A stretch of DNA of 50,734 bases from an uncultured Gammaproteobacteria bacterium (GCA_963925015.1 CAWUTX010000015.1:1-50734), one strand, 5' to 3'; shown: positions 11,670 to 24,503, counted from the stretch's first letter. Program-made: numbers and translations. Notes: a model not told the origin generated them from the sequence alone.

Positions 11670-12296
11670 GTGGCTAAATATACTGGTCCCAAGTGTCGTT
11701 TGTGCCGCCGTGAGGGGGAGAAGCTTTTCCTCAAGGGCGAGAAGTGTTTTACCAGCAAGTGCGCGATCGAGAGCCGCGCCTTCCCGCCCGGACAGCATGG
11801 GCAGCGCCGCACGCGCTTGTCTGACTATGCCCGCCAGCTGCGCGAGAAGCAGAAGCTGCGTCGTACCTACGGCATCATGGAAGGCCAGTTCCGTGGCTAC
11901 TATGCCCAGGCTGACAGCCGCAAGGGTTCAACCGGAGAGCTGCTGTTGCAGCTTCTGGAAGGGCGTCTGGACAATGTCGTGTATCGCATGGGCTTTGGCG
12001 CGTCGCGCTCGGAAGCCAGGCAGTTGGTGCGGCACAATGCGATTACCGTCAACGGTAAAAAGGTCAATATTCCGAGTTATCAGGTGCAGCCGAATGATGT
12101 CATCGCTGCTGCTGATGCGGCCAAGGAACAGTTGCGCATCAAGGCGGCCATGGAAATGGCCCAACAGCGTGGTTTTTCGGACTGGCTTGATGTGGACGTC
12201 ACCAAGCTGCAAGGCGTGTTCAAGGCCTTGCCGGAACGCAGTGAGCTTTCCGCCGACATCAACGAACATCTTATCGTCGAGTTGTACTCGAAGTAA
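11670..12296 (+). CDS. rpsD: 30S ribosomal protein S4 (four-Cys N-terminus, GTG start)
   Basis: PPGQHG...LREKQK...LDNVVYR...IVELYSK. Confidence 0.99.
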   Translation: MAKYTGPKCRLCRREGEKLFLKGEKCFTSKCAIESRAFPPGQHGQRRTRLSDYARQLREKQKLRRTYGIMEGQFRGYYAQADSRKGSTGELLLQLLEGRLDNVVYRMGFGASRSEARQLVRHNAITVNGKKVNIPSYQVQPNDVIAAADAAKEQLRIKAAMEMAQQRGFSDWLDVDVTKLQGVFKALPERSELSADINEHLIVELYSK

Positions 12297-12322
12297 CGCT
12301 GGTTATACCAAGAGGATTTGCT

Positions 12323-13321
12323 ATGCAGGGTTCAGTCGCAGAATTTTTGAAGCCACGTCTGGTCTCTGTTCAAGCCGTTAACGACAGACACGCCAGGGTA
12401 ACTCTGGAGCCCCTCGAACGCGGCTTTGGTCACACCTTGGGTAACGCGCTGCGTCGCATCCTGCTCTCCTCCATGCCGGGGAGCGCGGTGGTTGAAGCTG
12501 AAATTGAAGGTGTTCTGCACGAATACACTACCGTTGAAGGTGTGCAGGAAGATGTGGTAGAAATCCTGCTCAACCTCAAGAGCCTTGCAATACGCATGCA
12601 CGCGCGCGATGAGGCCACCCTCACGCTGAGAAAGAAAGGTCAGGGCGTTGTGCTGGCGCGCGATATCACGCTCGACCACGATGTCGAAATCGTGAACCCC
12701 GATCACGTCATCGCGCATCTCACCAAGTCAGGTGAAATCAACATGACGCTCAAGGTTAAGCGTGGCCGTGGTTATGAACCGGCTTCGACACGCGCCAATG
12801 CCGAGGAAGACCGCAAGATCGGCAAGCTCAATCTTGATGCCTCGTTCAGCCCTGTGCGGCGCGTTACCTATGCCGTGGAGCGTGCGCGCGTTGAGCAGCG
12901 CACCGATCTCGACAAGCTGGTGATCGACATCGAAACTAACGGCACCGTCGATCCGGAAGAAGCGATCCGCCGCGCCGCTACGATATTGCAGGATCAGCTC
13001 TCTACCTTCGTCGAGCTCAAGGGCAGTGAAGAAGTACTGCCGGCCTCGATGCAAGCCGAGATCGACCCCATTCTGCTGCTTCCGGTGGACGATCTCGAGC
13101 TCACGGTGCGCTCCGCGAACTGCCTCAAGGCGGAAAACATTCACTACATCGGCGACCTGATTCAGCGTACTGAGAACGAACTTCTGAAGACTCCGAACCT
13201 CGGCAAGAAGTCGCTCACCGAGATCAAGGATGTACTGGCCTCTCATGGCCTCTCGCTCGGCATGCGCCTGGAAAACTGGCCGCCCGCGCATCTGCGTGAC
13301 AAAGAAAAAGCGACTGCTTAA
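12323..13321 (+). CDS. rpoA: RNA polymerase alpha subunit
   Basis: [22 protein letters not shown]; alpha-[14 protein letters not shown]. Confidence 0.99.
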   Translation: MQGSVAEFLKPRLVSVQAVNDRHARVTLEPLERGFGHTLGNALRRILLSSMPGSAVVEAEIEGVLHEYTTVEGVQEDVVEILLNLKSLAIRMHARDEATLTLRKKGQGVVLARDITLDHDVEIVNPDHVIAHLTKSGEINMTLKVKRGRGYEPASTRANAEEDRKIGKLNLDASFSPVRRVTYAVERARVEQRTDLDKLVIDIETNGTVDPEEAIRRAATILQDQLSTFVELKGSEEVLPASMQAEIDPILLLPVDDLELTVRSANCLKAENIHYIGDLIQRTENELLKTPNLGKKSLTEIKDVLASHGLSLGMRLENWPPAHLRDKEKATA

Positions 13322-13345
13322 CATCGCAAGGATTCAGGAACTTAT

Positions 13346-13735
13346 ATGCGCCACCGCAATGCAGGACGTCAATTAAGCCGCAACAGCTCGCACCGCAGCG
13401 CCATGTTCAAGAACATGGCCGCAGCGCTGCTGCGCCATGAGGTGATCGAGACCACGCTGCCCAAGGCCAAAGACCTGAGGCGCGTGGTGGAGCCGCTGAT
13501 CACGCTCGCCAAGATCGACAGCGTTTCCAAGCGCAGGCTTGCATTCGCGCGCATCAGGGATCGCGAGATGGTCACCAAGCTGTTCAACGAAATCGGCCCG
13601 CGTTACAGGGCGCGCCCCGGCGGCTACCTGCGCATCTTGAAATACGGCTTCCGTGCCGGTGATGCCGCGCCAATGGCGCTGGTTGAGCTGGTGGATCGTC
13701 CTCAGCCGGTGGAAGTCAAAGCGGCTGCGAAGTAA
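13346..13735 (+). CDS. rplQ: 50S ribosomal protein L17
   Basis: MRHR...TTLPKAK...[10 protein letters not shown]. Confidence 0.99.
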   Translation: MRHRNAGRQLSRNSSHRSAMFKNMAAALLRHEVIETTLPKAKDLRRVVEPLITLAKIDSVSKRRLAFARIRDREMVTKLFNEIGPRYRARPGGYLRILKYGFRAGDAAPMALVELVDRPQPVEVKAAAK

Positions 13736-13754
13736 GAATTTTTTAGATACACAT

Positions 13755-13781
13755 AAAAAGCCGAGCCCTGCTCGGCTTTTT
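13755..13781. terminator. Intrinsic (bidirectional) terminator after rplQ
   Basis: aaaaagccgagc-cct-gctcggcttttt. Confidence 0.9.
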
Positions 13782-13799
13782 GGTTTTCAAAGGTCTGAA

Positions 13800-14804
13800 A
13801 TGCGCATGAATGTTCTGCTGAGGATTTTACGCAACGTCACACTCGTTGCGCTCGTGGGTTGTGCGCAGTCACTACCGGCTTTCGAAGTATTTTCGCCATT
13901 GCCGTACAACGCACCAGCACCTGCGGACAATCCGCAGACACCCGCCATGATCGTGCTGGGCAAGCAGCTGTATTTCGATACCCGGCTCTCGGTCAACAAC
14001 ACGATTTCCTGCAATACTTGCCACGATGTGAACAGGAGCGGCGCTGACGGGCGCGTACGTTCCGTGGGCGCACTCGGTAAGAGTCCGCGCCGCTCCACAC
14101 CGACGGTGCTGAATGCCGCGTTCCAAAGCGTGCAATTCCGGGATGGGCGCGTGGCGAGCCTTGAGGCGGCGGTTAAAGACCACCTGTTTGATCTCGATGT
14201 GCTGGCTAACCCGGACGAAGCCAGTCTGGTTAAGCGCATCGCCGCCAGCAAACGCTACCGCACACAATTTGCCAGGGTATTTGGCAAGGAGAAGCCCGTG
14301 ATTACTACCAACATCGCCAAGGCGGTGGCGGCGTACGTGCGCACACTCATCACCCCAGAGAGCGTCTTTGACCGTTACCTGAGGGGCGATAAAAAAGCGT
14401 TATCTGAAAATGCACGGCGCGGCTTTGAGGAATTTCAGAAGGTCGGGTGCTCGGCCTGTCACTTCGGCATCAACCTCTCCGGACCGCCGGTGCCGATGGG
14501 GGAGGGGTTTTACGAACTGTTCCCGAATTACATCGGCAGCGAGTACGACCGGAAATATAATCTGGTCACGGATGATTTAGGGCGTTATGACGCGACTAAA
14601 GAAGGTATTCACAAACGTTTGTTTCAAGTGCCTACGCTGCGTAATATCGCGCAGACTGCGCCTTATTTTTACACCGGCAGCGTGCCGACGCTGGACGAGG
14701 CCGTGCGCGTAATGGCCAAGACTCAATTACAGCAAGATTTGAGTGATGAGCAGGTGAAATACCTAACCGCGTTTCTCGTTAGCCTTACCGGAGAGGTTCC
14801 GTAG
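13800..14804 (+). CDS. Di-haem cytochrome c peroxidase (bCcP/MauG family), exported
   Basis: Two CxxCH motifs (CNTCH, CSACH), LGKQLYFDTRLS, VPTLRNIAQTAPYF; N-terminal signal-like segment; start 13800 or 13806. Confidence 0.92.
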   Translation: MRMNVLLRILRNVTLVALVGCAQSLPAFEVFSPLPYNAPAPADNPQTPAMIVLGKQLYFDTRLSVNNTISCNTCHDVNRSGADGRVRSVGALGKSPRRSTPTVLNAAFQSVQFRDGRVASLEAAVKDHLFDLDVLANPDEASLVKRIAASKRYRTQFARVFGKEKPVITTNIAKAVAAYVRTLITPESVFDRYLRGDKKALSENARRGFEEFQKVGCSACHFGINLSGPPVPMGEGFYELFPNYIGSEYDRKYNLVTDDLGRYDATKEGIHKRLFQVPTLRNIAQTAPYFYTGSVPTLDEAVRVMAKTQLQQDLSDEQVKYLTAFLVSLTGEVP

Positions 14805-14834
14805 GGTGGGTTGGGTGCAAGTCGTATTCAGCCC
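14801..14834 (+). repeat. GTAG-type REP-like imperfect palindrome
   Basis: gtagggt-gggttgggtgc-aagtc-gtattcagccc between convergent genes; stem relies on several G:T pairs. Confidence 0.45.
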
Positions 14835-14850
14835 CTGTGTTTTTTTGAAA

Positions 14851-16120
14851 TTAAATATGAAAAGCTGCCCATCCCGCGCCAGCCCCCACAGCGATGGAGA
14901 GCATGCCCACGGCGGTCTTGCGCGCCAGCGCCGTGCCGCCGATAAACAGCATCAGGCCGAATTTGAAGGCGAGGTTGGCGGCAAAGGCCAGGGTGATCGC
15001 TGTCACCACCGGGCTTTCGGCCAGTATGCCAAGCCCAAACAGGCGCAGGCTGGACAGCGTGATCGGATCCACGTCGGCGAGGCCGGACGCCAGCGCTACG
15101 GCATACAGCCCCTGATTACCCGCGTAATATGCCAGCCAGGCAGCGGCGAACAGCACCGCTGCGTAGAGCAGGCTGAAGCTCAGCGCAGTGCGTATCTCGG
15201 TGGGATTGTTTAGTTCCATGGCGGGCAACGCGGCATCACTGCGCAGGTCGCGCCAAAACAGGGCTGTACCGGCTAATCCTGCAAGCAGGCCGCCACCCAG
15301 CACCGGCAGTAGCGCGGGCAGCAGGTTTGGTGATACTACGGCGGCAATGACCCCCAGCCGTATCAGCACTATCAGGTTGGCGAGCAGGATCACCACTGCG
15401 GCAATTGGAACCAATTCCACGTTGCCGCGCGCGTGGCGCGCGAACACCAGGGTGGTGGCGGTGCTCGACACCAGCCCGCCGAACAGTCCCATAAGCGGTG
15501 CGCCGTGGCGCCGGCCGACGCTGCGGAGGGCGGCGTAACCTGCGAGGCTCATGCCGGAGATCAGCACCACCATCCACCATATCCGGTAGGGGTTGAGCGC
15601 CTGGTAGGGGCCGTAATTCTGATTCGGCAGGAGAGGCAGGATCACCAGCGACAACACCGCGAATTGCAGGAAAGAAATCAGATCGCGCCGGGTGAGGCTA
15701 CGAGTGATGCCGTGCAACTCGGTCTTGAAGTAGAGCAGCACGGTGGTCACGATGGCGATCATCACCGCGAGCTGGTGATAGCCATACCACACCATCGCGC
15801 CCAGTCCGTAGCACAGCACGATGGCCGCTACCGTGGTGGTGCCGGGATCGCCGCCCGCATCGGGAGGGGCGTGAGCGTAGGCCGCCCATCATGCCGCCCA
15901 CCACCAGCAGGCCACCGGCCAGCACCAAGGCCGCACCGGTCTGCTCCGACAACAGCGCCGCCAAGGTGCCGAACAGCGCCACCAGAGTGAAAGTACGCAG
16001 CCCCGCCTTGGCCGTGGGCGTGCGCTCCCGCTCCAGACCAATCAACATGCCGATGGCCAGACTGATGGCGAAGGCAGGCAGATATTCCAGACCGCCGTTG
16101 GCTATGAATTCGGTATTGAT
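14851..16120 (-). pseudogene. MgtC/SapB family membrane protein with DUF4010, frameshifted, ATC in place of start codon
   Basis: IGLERER...AGLRTF in ORF 15698..16048 continues out of frame near 15886 into DPGTTT... and ORF 14851..15819 (GGLVSSTATT, GLADVD); SD GAGGAG is followed by ATC at 16120. Confidence 0.85.
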
Positions 16121-16150
16121 TTAAATCTCCTCGGCCCTGGTCTCGTAAAC

Positions 16151-16182
16151 ATGGGGTCAAGCAAAAATGGGGTCAGTCTTGC
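16151..16182. repeat. Duplicated ATGGGGTCA / GGGGTCAGTCTTGC motif at RAYT 3' end
   Basis: atggggtca-agcaaaa-atggggtca-gtcttgc, 10 bp beyond the RAYT stop. Confidence 0.6.
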
Positions 16183-16192
16183 CATAACGCTT

Positions 16193-16975
16193 TCACCTCT
16201 CACCCTTGATCACCTTGCTCACCGTAGAATAATGCACCCCGGCATGACGAGCAATCGCTGGCAGGGTGTAGCGATAGTCCAGATACGCTTTTCGAATGGT
16301 CTCGTCGCGCAAGACCTTATCGCTTCGAACCGCCTTGATAAACATCCGCGCCAAACTGGGCCGGTGCAGCAAACGCTGGGTGCGCGGGATTTCCTTCAAC
16401 TCGCGCACGCCCTCAAGCAACGGGCGCATCTTTTCCACGAAGGCTTCCGATCCCAGCAACGCCTGGCCTCTCACCGCAGGCCACGGGGACGGAAGGCCCC
16501 TGCCTTCTGCCACAAACTCAGCGTAGCGTCGCCGGGCTACGGCACGCGTTTTGGCTTGTGGCCCAGCACCCAGTGCGTCTTGAGCCACGCCGGACATTGG
16601 GCCAGCCCAATCGTTGCCGGGTAACTGCTCCAGGCGTAGCGCTCAATGTGCTCCACCCTCCCGGCACGTATCGGGTTTAGCACGACGTAGCGACATAACT
16701 CCAGCAGGTAGCTGTCACGATCCACCACAATCGCCTTAAATCGCCCCTGGAGCACGTGCCCCACACGTCCGTGACGCCGGTTGAAGCGCTGGGCATAGAC
16801 GCCGTTCAATTGCCGCATGTCCAGCGACAGGTTGGCCTCCGGCGTTTCGATAAGCAGATGATAGTGATTGTCCATCAGGCAGTAGGCGTGACACAGCCAG
16901 CCAAAGCGGGCAATGACTTCGCCGAGGCCACCAAGAAACAACCCCCGATCCTCATTGTCGAGAAATATTGCCTTG
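16193..16975 (-). pseudogene. REP-associated tyrosine transposase (Y1/HUH, RAYT) with C-terminal HTH; 5'-truncated and frameshifted
   Basis: HUH motif AYCLMDNHYHLL, GHVLQGRFKA, YVVLNPIRAG, WSSY; frameshift near 16556 into ARRRYAEFV...IARHAGVHYSTVS; expected N-terminal ~20 aa absent. Confidence 0.85.
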
Positions 16976-17014
16976 CCTTGCCTTCTTGTTACTTGTTACT
17001 TGATACTTGCTACT
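16968..17014. repeat. Short tandem repeats: (TTGCC)x3 then heptamers CTTGTTA CTTGTTA CTTGATA CTTGCTA
   Basis: Direct reading. Confidence 0.85.
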
Positions 17015-17947
17015 GTGTTTCATCCCCCTGCAATTTTTCTGATGGGCCCCACCGCCTCCGGCAAGAGCGATCTCGCGCTGGCGCTGGCGCAGCACCTGCC
17101 GTGCGAAATTATCAGTGTGGATTCGGCCATGGTGTACCGCAGCATGGACATCGGCACCGCGAAGCCGGAGCGCGCCGTGTTGGAGTCGGTGCCGCATCAC
17201 CTGATCGACATCCGCGACCCATCCGAGCCGTATTCCGCGGCCCAGTTCCGCGCCGACGCCCTGCGTGTGATGGCCGGAATCACGCGCGCGGGGCGCATTC
17301 CGCTGCTGGCGGGCGGCACGGGGCTTTATTTCCGTGCGCTGGAGCGCGGGCTTTCCGCGTTGCCGGGCGCCGATCCTGAGTTGCGCGCCCGCCTCAGTGC
17401 CGAAGGCGAGGCGCAGGGCTGGGCCGCGTTGCACGCGCGCCTGGCCGAGGTTGATCCGGCAGCGGCGGCGCGCATCCACCCCAACGACCCGCAGCGCATT
17501 CAGCGCGCGCTGGAGGTCTATGAACTCAGCGGCGTGCCGATGAGCACGCTACAGACGGGGGGTGATGGCGAGAGTTTTCCGTATACGCCGCTCAAATTGG
17601 TGCTCAGTCCGCCCGAGCGCGAGCTGTTGCACGTGCGCATCGCCGGGCGCTTCCGGCGCATGCTGGAGCAGGGGCTGGTGGACGAGGTGCGGGCGCTGTA
17701 TGAGCGGGGTGACCTAGCCCCGGCGCTGCCGTCGTTGCGCGCCGTGGGCTACCGCCAGATATGGGGGTTTCTGGCGGGTGAGATTGATTGCGACGAAATG
17801 GAAAGACGCGCTATTATAGCCACGCGGCAGCTTGCTAAACGCCAGTTGACTTGGCTGCGCGCCGAGCTGGACGCGCGCTGGTTTGACAGCGAGGCCGCCG
17901 ATCTTTTGGCAACCGTCTTGAAATACTGTAACGCTGCCACAACTTAA
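17015..17947 (+). CDS. miaA: tRNA dimethylallyltransferase
   Basis: [37 protein letters not shown]; probable GTG start 17015. Confidence 0.97.
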   Translation: MFHPPAIFLMGPTASGKSDLALALAQHLPCEIISVDSAMVYRSMDIGTAKPERAVLESVPHHLIDIRDPSEPYSAAQFRADALRVMAGITRAGRIPLLAGGTGLYFRALERGLSALPGADPELRARLSAEGEAQGWAALHARLAEVDPAAAARIHPNDPQRIQRALEVYELSGVPMSTLQTGGDGESFPYTPLKLVLSPPERELLHVRIAGRFRRMLEQGLVDEVRALYERGDLAPALPSLRAVGYRQIWGFLAGEIDCDEMERRAIIATRQLAKRQLTWLRAELDARWFDSEAADLLATVLKYCNAATT

Positions 17948-18056
17948 TACCCGGATGAGTGTCAAAGGTTTGCTTGGCCAGAAGATATCAAGCGAGTAGT
18001 TTCTCCTTTAACCCCTTGAATCTGATGGATCTAATAACTAGAAACGGGGAGCAAGT

Positions 18057-18308
18057 ATGACTAAAGGGAAATCACTGCAAGACCCCTTCCTGAATGCGCT
18101 GCGCAAAGAAGGTGTGCCGGTCTCGGTTTATCTGACCAACGGAATCAAGTTGCAGGGCCAGATTGAATCGTTCGATCAATTCGTGGTGCTGTTAAAAAAC
18201 ACCGTGAGCCAGATGGTATACAAGCACGCCATTTCCACCGTGGTACCGTCGCGCAACATCAAGCTTCCCATTGAGGATGATGCGACGCCGGATGTGGGCA
18301 ATGGGTAG
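18057..18308 (+). CDS. hfq: RNA chaperone Hfq
   Basis: [10 protein letters not shown]...[13 protein letters not shown]. Confidence 0.99.
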   Translation: MTKGKSLQDPFLNALRKEGVPVSVYLTNGIKLQGQIESFDQFVVLLKNTVSQMVYKHAISTVVPSRNIKLPIEDDATPDVGNG

Positions 18309-18312
18309 ATGA

Positions 18313-19497
18313 TTGTTTGACCGTCCCCAGCAACGGCACGGCGGGGCTGAACGCGCCGTGCTGGTGCATGTCAATTTTCGCGCGGCCGATCAGCGTGAGG
18401 AGCTGGCCGAGCTGAATGATCTGGCTGTCTCCGCACGCACCCGTCCGGTCGCAGTGGTCACCGGCAGCCGTCAGCAACCCGACCCCAAATACTTCATCGG
18501 CAGCGGCAAGGCCGAGGAGCTCCGCGCCTGCGTAGAGCATGAGTGTGCCGAGGTGGTGTTGTTCAACCACTCGCTGTCACCGGCGCAAGAGCGCAATCTT
18601 GAAAAACTGCTGCAATGCCGTGTGCTCGATCGCACCGGACTCATCCTCGACATCTTTGCGCAGCGCGCGAGCAGCCACGAGGGCAAGCTGCAAGTGGAGC
18701 TGGCCCAGTTACAGCACATAGCCACGCGCCTGGTGCGCGGCTGGACGCACCTTGAGCGCCAGAAGGGCGGTATCGGCCTGCGCGGTCCCGGTGAGACGCA
18801 GCTCGAAACCGACCGCCGCCTGATCCGCGTGCGCATCAAGCACCTGAACAAGCAACTCGACAAAGTGGCCATGCAGCGTGGCCAGGGCCGCAAGGCGCGA
18901 CGCAAGGCGGCGGTGCCCACGGTTTCGCTGGTCGGCTACACCAATACCGGAAAATCCACCCTGTTCAACCGGCTGACCCGCTCCAGCGTCTATGTCGCGA
19001 ATCAGCTCTTCGCTACGCTTGACCCAACCCTGCGCCGCATGTATCTCGCCCCTGACCGTCATGCCATACTCGCAGATACGGTCGGATTCATCCGTCATCT
19101 GCCGCATGATCTGGTGGCGGCGTTCCGCTCCACCTTGCAGGAGACGCACGAGGCTGATCTCCTGCTGCATGTGATAGATGCGCACGAAGACAATCGCCAT
19201 GCCGCCATGGAGCAGGTCAACGCGGTGCTGAAGGAGATCGGCGCCGAGGGTGTGCCGCAGATTGAGGTCTATAACAAGATCGACCTCGTGCCGGAATTCA
19301 CCCCGCGCGTGGAGCGCGACGAACATGGCAGGGTTCGGCGCGTGTGGGTTTCAGCGGTGAGCGGTGCGGGACTGGAGCTGTTGCGCGCAGCCGTGGCAGA
19401 GCGTGTTGCGCAGCGAATCTCTGTGTGTGGCGGCCCCGAACAGGGTTACAATGCGCATTACAGTGAGCCAGCGGGAAACTGTGTCGGTGAAAACTAA
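18313..19497 (+). CDS. hflX: Ribosome-splitting GTPase HflX
   Basis: GPGETQLETDRR, GYTNTGKS, DTVGF, NKID. Confidence 0.98.
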   Translation: MFDRPQQRHGGAERAVLVHVNFRAADQREELAELNDLAVSARTRPVAVVTGSRQQPDPKYFIGSGKAEELRACVEHECAEVVLFNHSLSPAQERNLEKLLQCRVLDRTGLILDIFAQRASSHEGKLQVELAQLQHIATRLVRGWTHLERQKGGIGLRGPGETQLETDRRLIRVRIKHLNKQLDKVAMQRGQGRKARRKAAVPTVSLVGYTNTGKSTLFNRLTRSSVYVANQLFATLDPTLRRMYLAPDRHAILADTVGFIRHLPHDLVAAFRSTLQETHEADLLLHVIDAHEDNRHAAMEQVNAVLKEIGAEGVPQIEVYNKIDLVPEFTPRVERDEHGRVRRVWVSAVSGAGLELLRAAVAERVAQRISVCGGPEQGYNAHYSEPAGNCVGEN

Positions 19498-19499
19498 TG

Positions 19500-19647
19500 A
19501 CTCAGGAGTCACAAAGTAAGGCGACAACGTGAAATGATGTGACTCCTGAGTAAAACACTGGTTACCCTACCCCCACCCTGTCCCGCCGCCTAAACAAGGG
19601 GCGCGGACGTGACGGGAAGTGTAGCTCTACTTACTGACTTTTGAGTA
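19500..19647 (+). repeat. Composite intergenic repeat family A, copy 1
   Basis: 14-bp perfect IR 19500-19513/19538-19551, then tacccccaccctgtcccgcc..., ends tgacttttgagta. Confidence 0.9.
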
Positions 19648-19666
19648 AATATGAATGAGGTGTGTA

Positions 19667-20887
19667 ATGGCTTGGAATGAACCCGGAGGCGGCAGCAAGG
19701 ATCCTTGGGGCGCAGGGGCGCGCAAGGGCGAGGCAGGCCCGCCCGACCTCGACGACATCCTCCGCAAACTGCAACAATTCCTCGGCGGATTGTTCGGCGG
19801 CAAGCGCAACGGCAGCAACGGCAACAACGGCAACAACGGCAACACGCGCTCCATGAGCGCGGTTGGCGCAGTTGTTGTTTTAGTAATCTGGCTCGCATCC
19901 GGCATCTATATTGTCGATCCCGCCGAACGCGGCGTGGTGCTGACCTTCGGAGATTACGCTGAGACCACGATGCCAGGTCCGCACTGGCATATCCCCTACC
20001 CGATTGAAACCGTCGAAGTCGTCAATGTCGCCCAGATACGCAATATCGAAATTGGTTTCCGCACCGGCGGAAGCGGACGTGGCGCCTCCGCTGCACCGCG
20101 TGTGCCGGTAGAGTCTCTGATGCTCACCCAGGATGAAAATATCGTCGACATCAAGCTCGCCGTGCAATACCGCGTCAAGGATGCGCGCGACTATCTGTTT
20201 AACGTGATTGACCCGGACGCTACGCTCGCCCAGGCGACCGAGAGTGCAGTACGCGAGACCATCGGCAAAAGCAGTCTGGATTTTGTGCTCACCGAGGGGC
20301 GCGCAGAAATAATGCTGCGCACCGAGACGCTGTTGCAGCGCGTGATGGATCGTTACCGCAGCGGGCTTGAAGTGACCAGCGTCAATCTGCAGGATGCCCA
20401 GCCACCCGAAGAGGTGCAAGCAGCATTCGAAGACGTCATCAAGTCGCGTGAGGATGAACAGCGCCTCAGAAACGAGGCGGAAACCTACGCCAATGACATT
20501 ATCCCGCGCGCGCGCGGCGCCGCCCAGCGCCAGATCGAGGAAAGCAAGGCCCACAAGGCGCGTGTCGTCGCGCAGGCAGAAGGTGAGGCCAGCCGCTTTA
20601 CGCAAGTGTTTGCTGAATATCGAAAGGCGCCTGCGGTGACTCGCGAGCGCTTGTATCTGGATGCGGTGGAATCGGTGCTGACCAGCGCGGGCAAGGTTGT
20701 GGTGGATGTCAAAGGCGGCAGCAATCTGCTTTATCTGCCGCTCGATCGCATGAGTGGCGTCACGCCCATGCCGCCTGACAAGGCGCTGGAGCGCATGTTG
20801 CCGCCCGCCGCCTCGGTGGTGCCCCGAACCCAGGAAGGTCAGAGTAGTGACACGCGTGATCGCACCCGCGACAGAGGAGAACGCTGA
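19667..20887 (+). CDS. hflK: FtsH modulator HflK
   Basis: MAWNEPG...GPPDLD, SPFH domain; SD GAGGTG. Confidence 0.98.
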   Translation: MAWNEPGGGSKDPWGAGARKGEAGPPDLDDILRKLQQFLGGLFGGKRNGSNGNNGNNGNTRSMSAVGAVVVLVIWLASGIYIVDPAERGVVLTFGDYAETTMPGPHWHIPYPIETVEVVNVAQIRNIEIGFRTGGSGRGASAAPRVPVESLMLTQDENIVDIKLAVQYRVKDARDYLFNVIDPDATLAQATESAVRETIGKSSLDFVLTEGRAEIMLRTETLLQRVMDRYRSGLEVTSVNLQDAQPPEEVQAAFEDVIKSREDEQRLRNEAETYANDIIPRARGAAQRQIEESKAHKARVVAQAEGEASRFTQVFAEYRKAPAVTRERLYLDAVESVLTSAGKVVVDVKGGSNLLYLPLDRMSGVTPMPPDKALERMLPPAASVVPRTQEGQSSDTRDRTRDRGER

Positions 20888-21765
20888 TGGAGAAGCTGAA
20901 GATGCTGTTGCCGGGGCTGGCCGTAGTGTTGCTGGCGGCGATATATTTTTCTATTTTTACGGTAAACGAACGTGAGCGCGTCATTCTGTTCCGGCTGGGC
21001 GAGATCGTGCGCTCAGATTTCGAGCCCGGGCTGCATTTAAAGATTCCTGTGATCAACAATGTGCGTAAATTCGATGCGCGTATTCATACTGCGGAAGCCG
21101 AGCCGGAGCGTTATCTCACCGCCGAGAAGAAAAATGTCATTGTCGATTCTTTCGTCAAGTGGCGCATCAAAAATGTTGCGGACTATTACCGCAGTATGGG
21201 TGGCGACGAATTGCGGGCAAACCTGAGGCTTTACCAGATCGTCAAGGATGGACTGCGCGGCGAATTCGGCAAGCGCACCATTCAGGATGTCATTTCCGGT
21301 GACCGGGCGAAGATCATGGAGACGCTGACTGTCACCGCTAACCAGCAGGCTCACCAGTTCGGCATCGAGGTGATCGATGTGCGCCTGCGCCGGGTGGATT
21401 TGCCCAAAGAAGTGAGTCTCTCGGTGTTCCAGCGTATGCAGGCCGAGCGCGAGAGGGTGGCGAAGGATTTGCGTGCGCGCGGCGCGGAGGCGGCGGAGCG
21501 CATCAGGGCGGACGCGGACCGGCAGCGCAGCGTGATCCTCGCTGAGGCTTACCGAGATGCCGAGGTTACGCGCGGCCAGGGCGATGCGCAGGCCGCAGCC
21601 ATCTATGCCAAGGCTTTTGGCAGCGATGCGGAATTCTACTCGCTATATCGCAGCCTGAATGCATACAAAAACACTTTTCGGGATAAAAGCGACATACTGG
21701 TGCTGGATCCCGGCTCGGATTTCTTCAAATACTTCAAGAGTCCGAATCCGGGCGGCGCGAGGTGA
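20887..21765 (+). CDS. hflC: FtsH modulator HflC
   Basis: SPFH domain, RMQAERERVA, FYSLYRSL; follows hflK. Confidence 0.98.
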   Translation: MEKLKMLLPGLAVVLLAAIYFSIFTVNERERVILFRLGEIVRSDFEPGLHLKIPVINNVRKFDARIHTAEAEPERYLTAEKKNVIVDSFVKWRIKNVADYYRSMGGDELRANLRLYQIVKDGLRGEFGKRTIQDVISGDRAKIMETLTVTANQQAHQFGIEVIDVRLRRVDLPKEVSLSVFQRMQAERERVAKDLRARGAEAAERIRADADRQRSVILAEAYRDAEVTRGQGDAQAAAIYAKAFGSDAEFYSLYRSLNAYKNTFRDKSDILVLDPGSDFFKYFKSPNPGGAR

Positions 21766-21805
21766 GTGGCGGGTAGGCGGAACCGCACCATGACGAAGGC
21801 CGGCG

Positions 21806-21991
21806 ATGTGGGATAGCCTGGCGGCTGCGATTGCGCTGTTACTCATCATCGAAGGCATACTGCCGTTTCTCAGCCCGGCGGGGCTGCGCAGTACGCTCAC
21901 CCGCATGGCGGAGATGAACGACCGCGCGCTCCGCATAGGCGGACTTGTTAGCATGCTGCTCGGCCTCGGTCTGTTATACTTCTTGCGTTAA
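21806..21991 (+). CDS. DUF2065 (YjeT-like) small membrane protein
   Basis: ALLLIIEGILPFLSP...LRIGGL; conserved position after hflC. Confidence 0.9.
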   Translation: MWDSLAAAIALLLIIEGILPFLSPAGLRSTLTRMAEMNDRALRIGGLVSMLLGLGLLYFLR

Positions 21992-22015
21992 AACCTTCAT
22001 TTTCTGACCACGCTT

Positions 22016-24500
<2,485 letters not shown>

Positions 24501-24503
<3 letters not shown>

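Noticed and set aside
19500-19647. Family A as a riboswitch
   Set aside because: It occurs in both orientations relative to transcription and before functionally unrelated genes
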